From positions 124,001 to 188,000 of IMG/VR virus record IMGVR_UViG_3300049048_000052: a stretch of 64,000 nt of DNA, one strand, 5' to 3'. Made by a program: the position numbers and the translations under genes. Below, one piece after another: positions 63,800 to 64,000 of the stretch. Every line of letters starts with the position of its first letter. Within the stretch, counting starts at the first letter, position 1. A model generated the notes under the pieces. The model was not told the origin of the DNA, made no database searches, and saw nothing but the letters and a program-made list of their open reading frames with translations.

Positions 63800-64000
63800 G
63801 GAGAAATGAGAATGTTGTACTATGCAATAGTCTACAATAAGGTTAGCCTTAAAAGTTCCCTAGTAAGCGCGGGCAGCCCTGGGGCTAGATTTACCGATCC
63901 TCAGGTTGCCGAGACTAGACTAAGGAATGCAATCAAATCAGAAACAGAGTTTGGCTGTGTTTATGGAGGTCTGGGTTATACAAACGCGCTTAGGCATCCT

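Overview
This window is a gene-dense piece of a large lytic dsDNA phage genome, most likely a cyanophage. Support for a cyanobacterial host: a cyanobacterial-type tmRNA tag, an NblA-like domain, a cyanobacterial-type C39 peptidase, tandem Hsp20 genes, PhoH, and tRNA genes without encoded CCA. Layout: (1) 0.3-13 kb is an RNA-gene region with about 9 tRNAs (several structurally atypical), 3 tRNA-like RNAs, a group I intron in tRNA-Leu(UAG), and a circularly permuted two-piece tmRNA whose tag reading frame is invaded by a LAGLIDADG endonuclease gene. (2) 15.7-19.8 kb is a four-gene operon encoding a ubiquitin/MoaD-like protein, an E1(ThiF)-like enzyme and two unknown proteins. This candidate phage-encoded ubiquitin-like conjugation system is the top finding. 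(3) Class II RNR, peptidase, nucleotidyltransferase, macro domain and rIIA. (4) An inverted tail-fibre module at 27.7-37.9 kb. (5) A replication/nucleotide block: PhoH, intron-split thyX and dut, RecA, intein-containing family A polymerase, RNA ligase/kinase/phosphatase, beta clamp, clamp loader, UDG, SSB-like protein, helicase, Tmk and TilS. All calls come from motifs read by eye; no database search was run, and reference sequences quoted are from memory.
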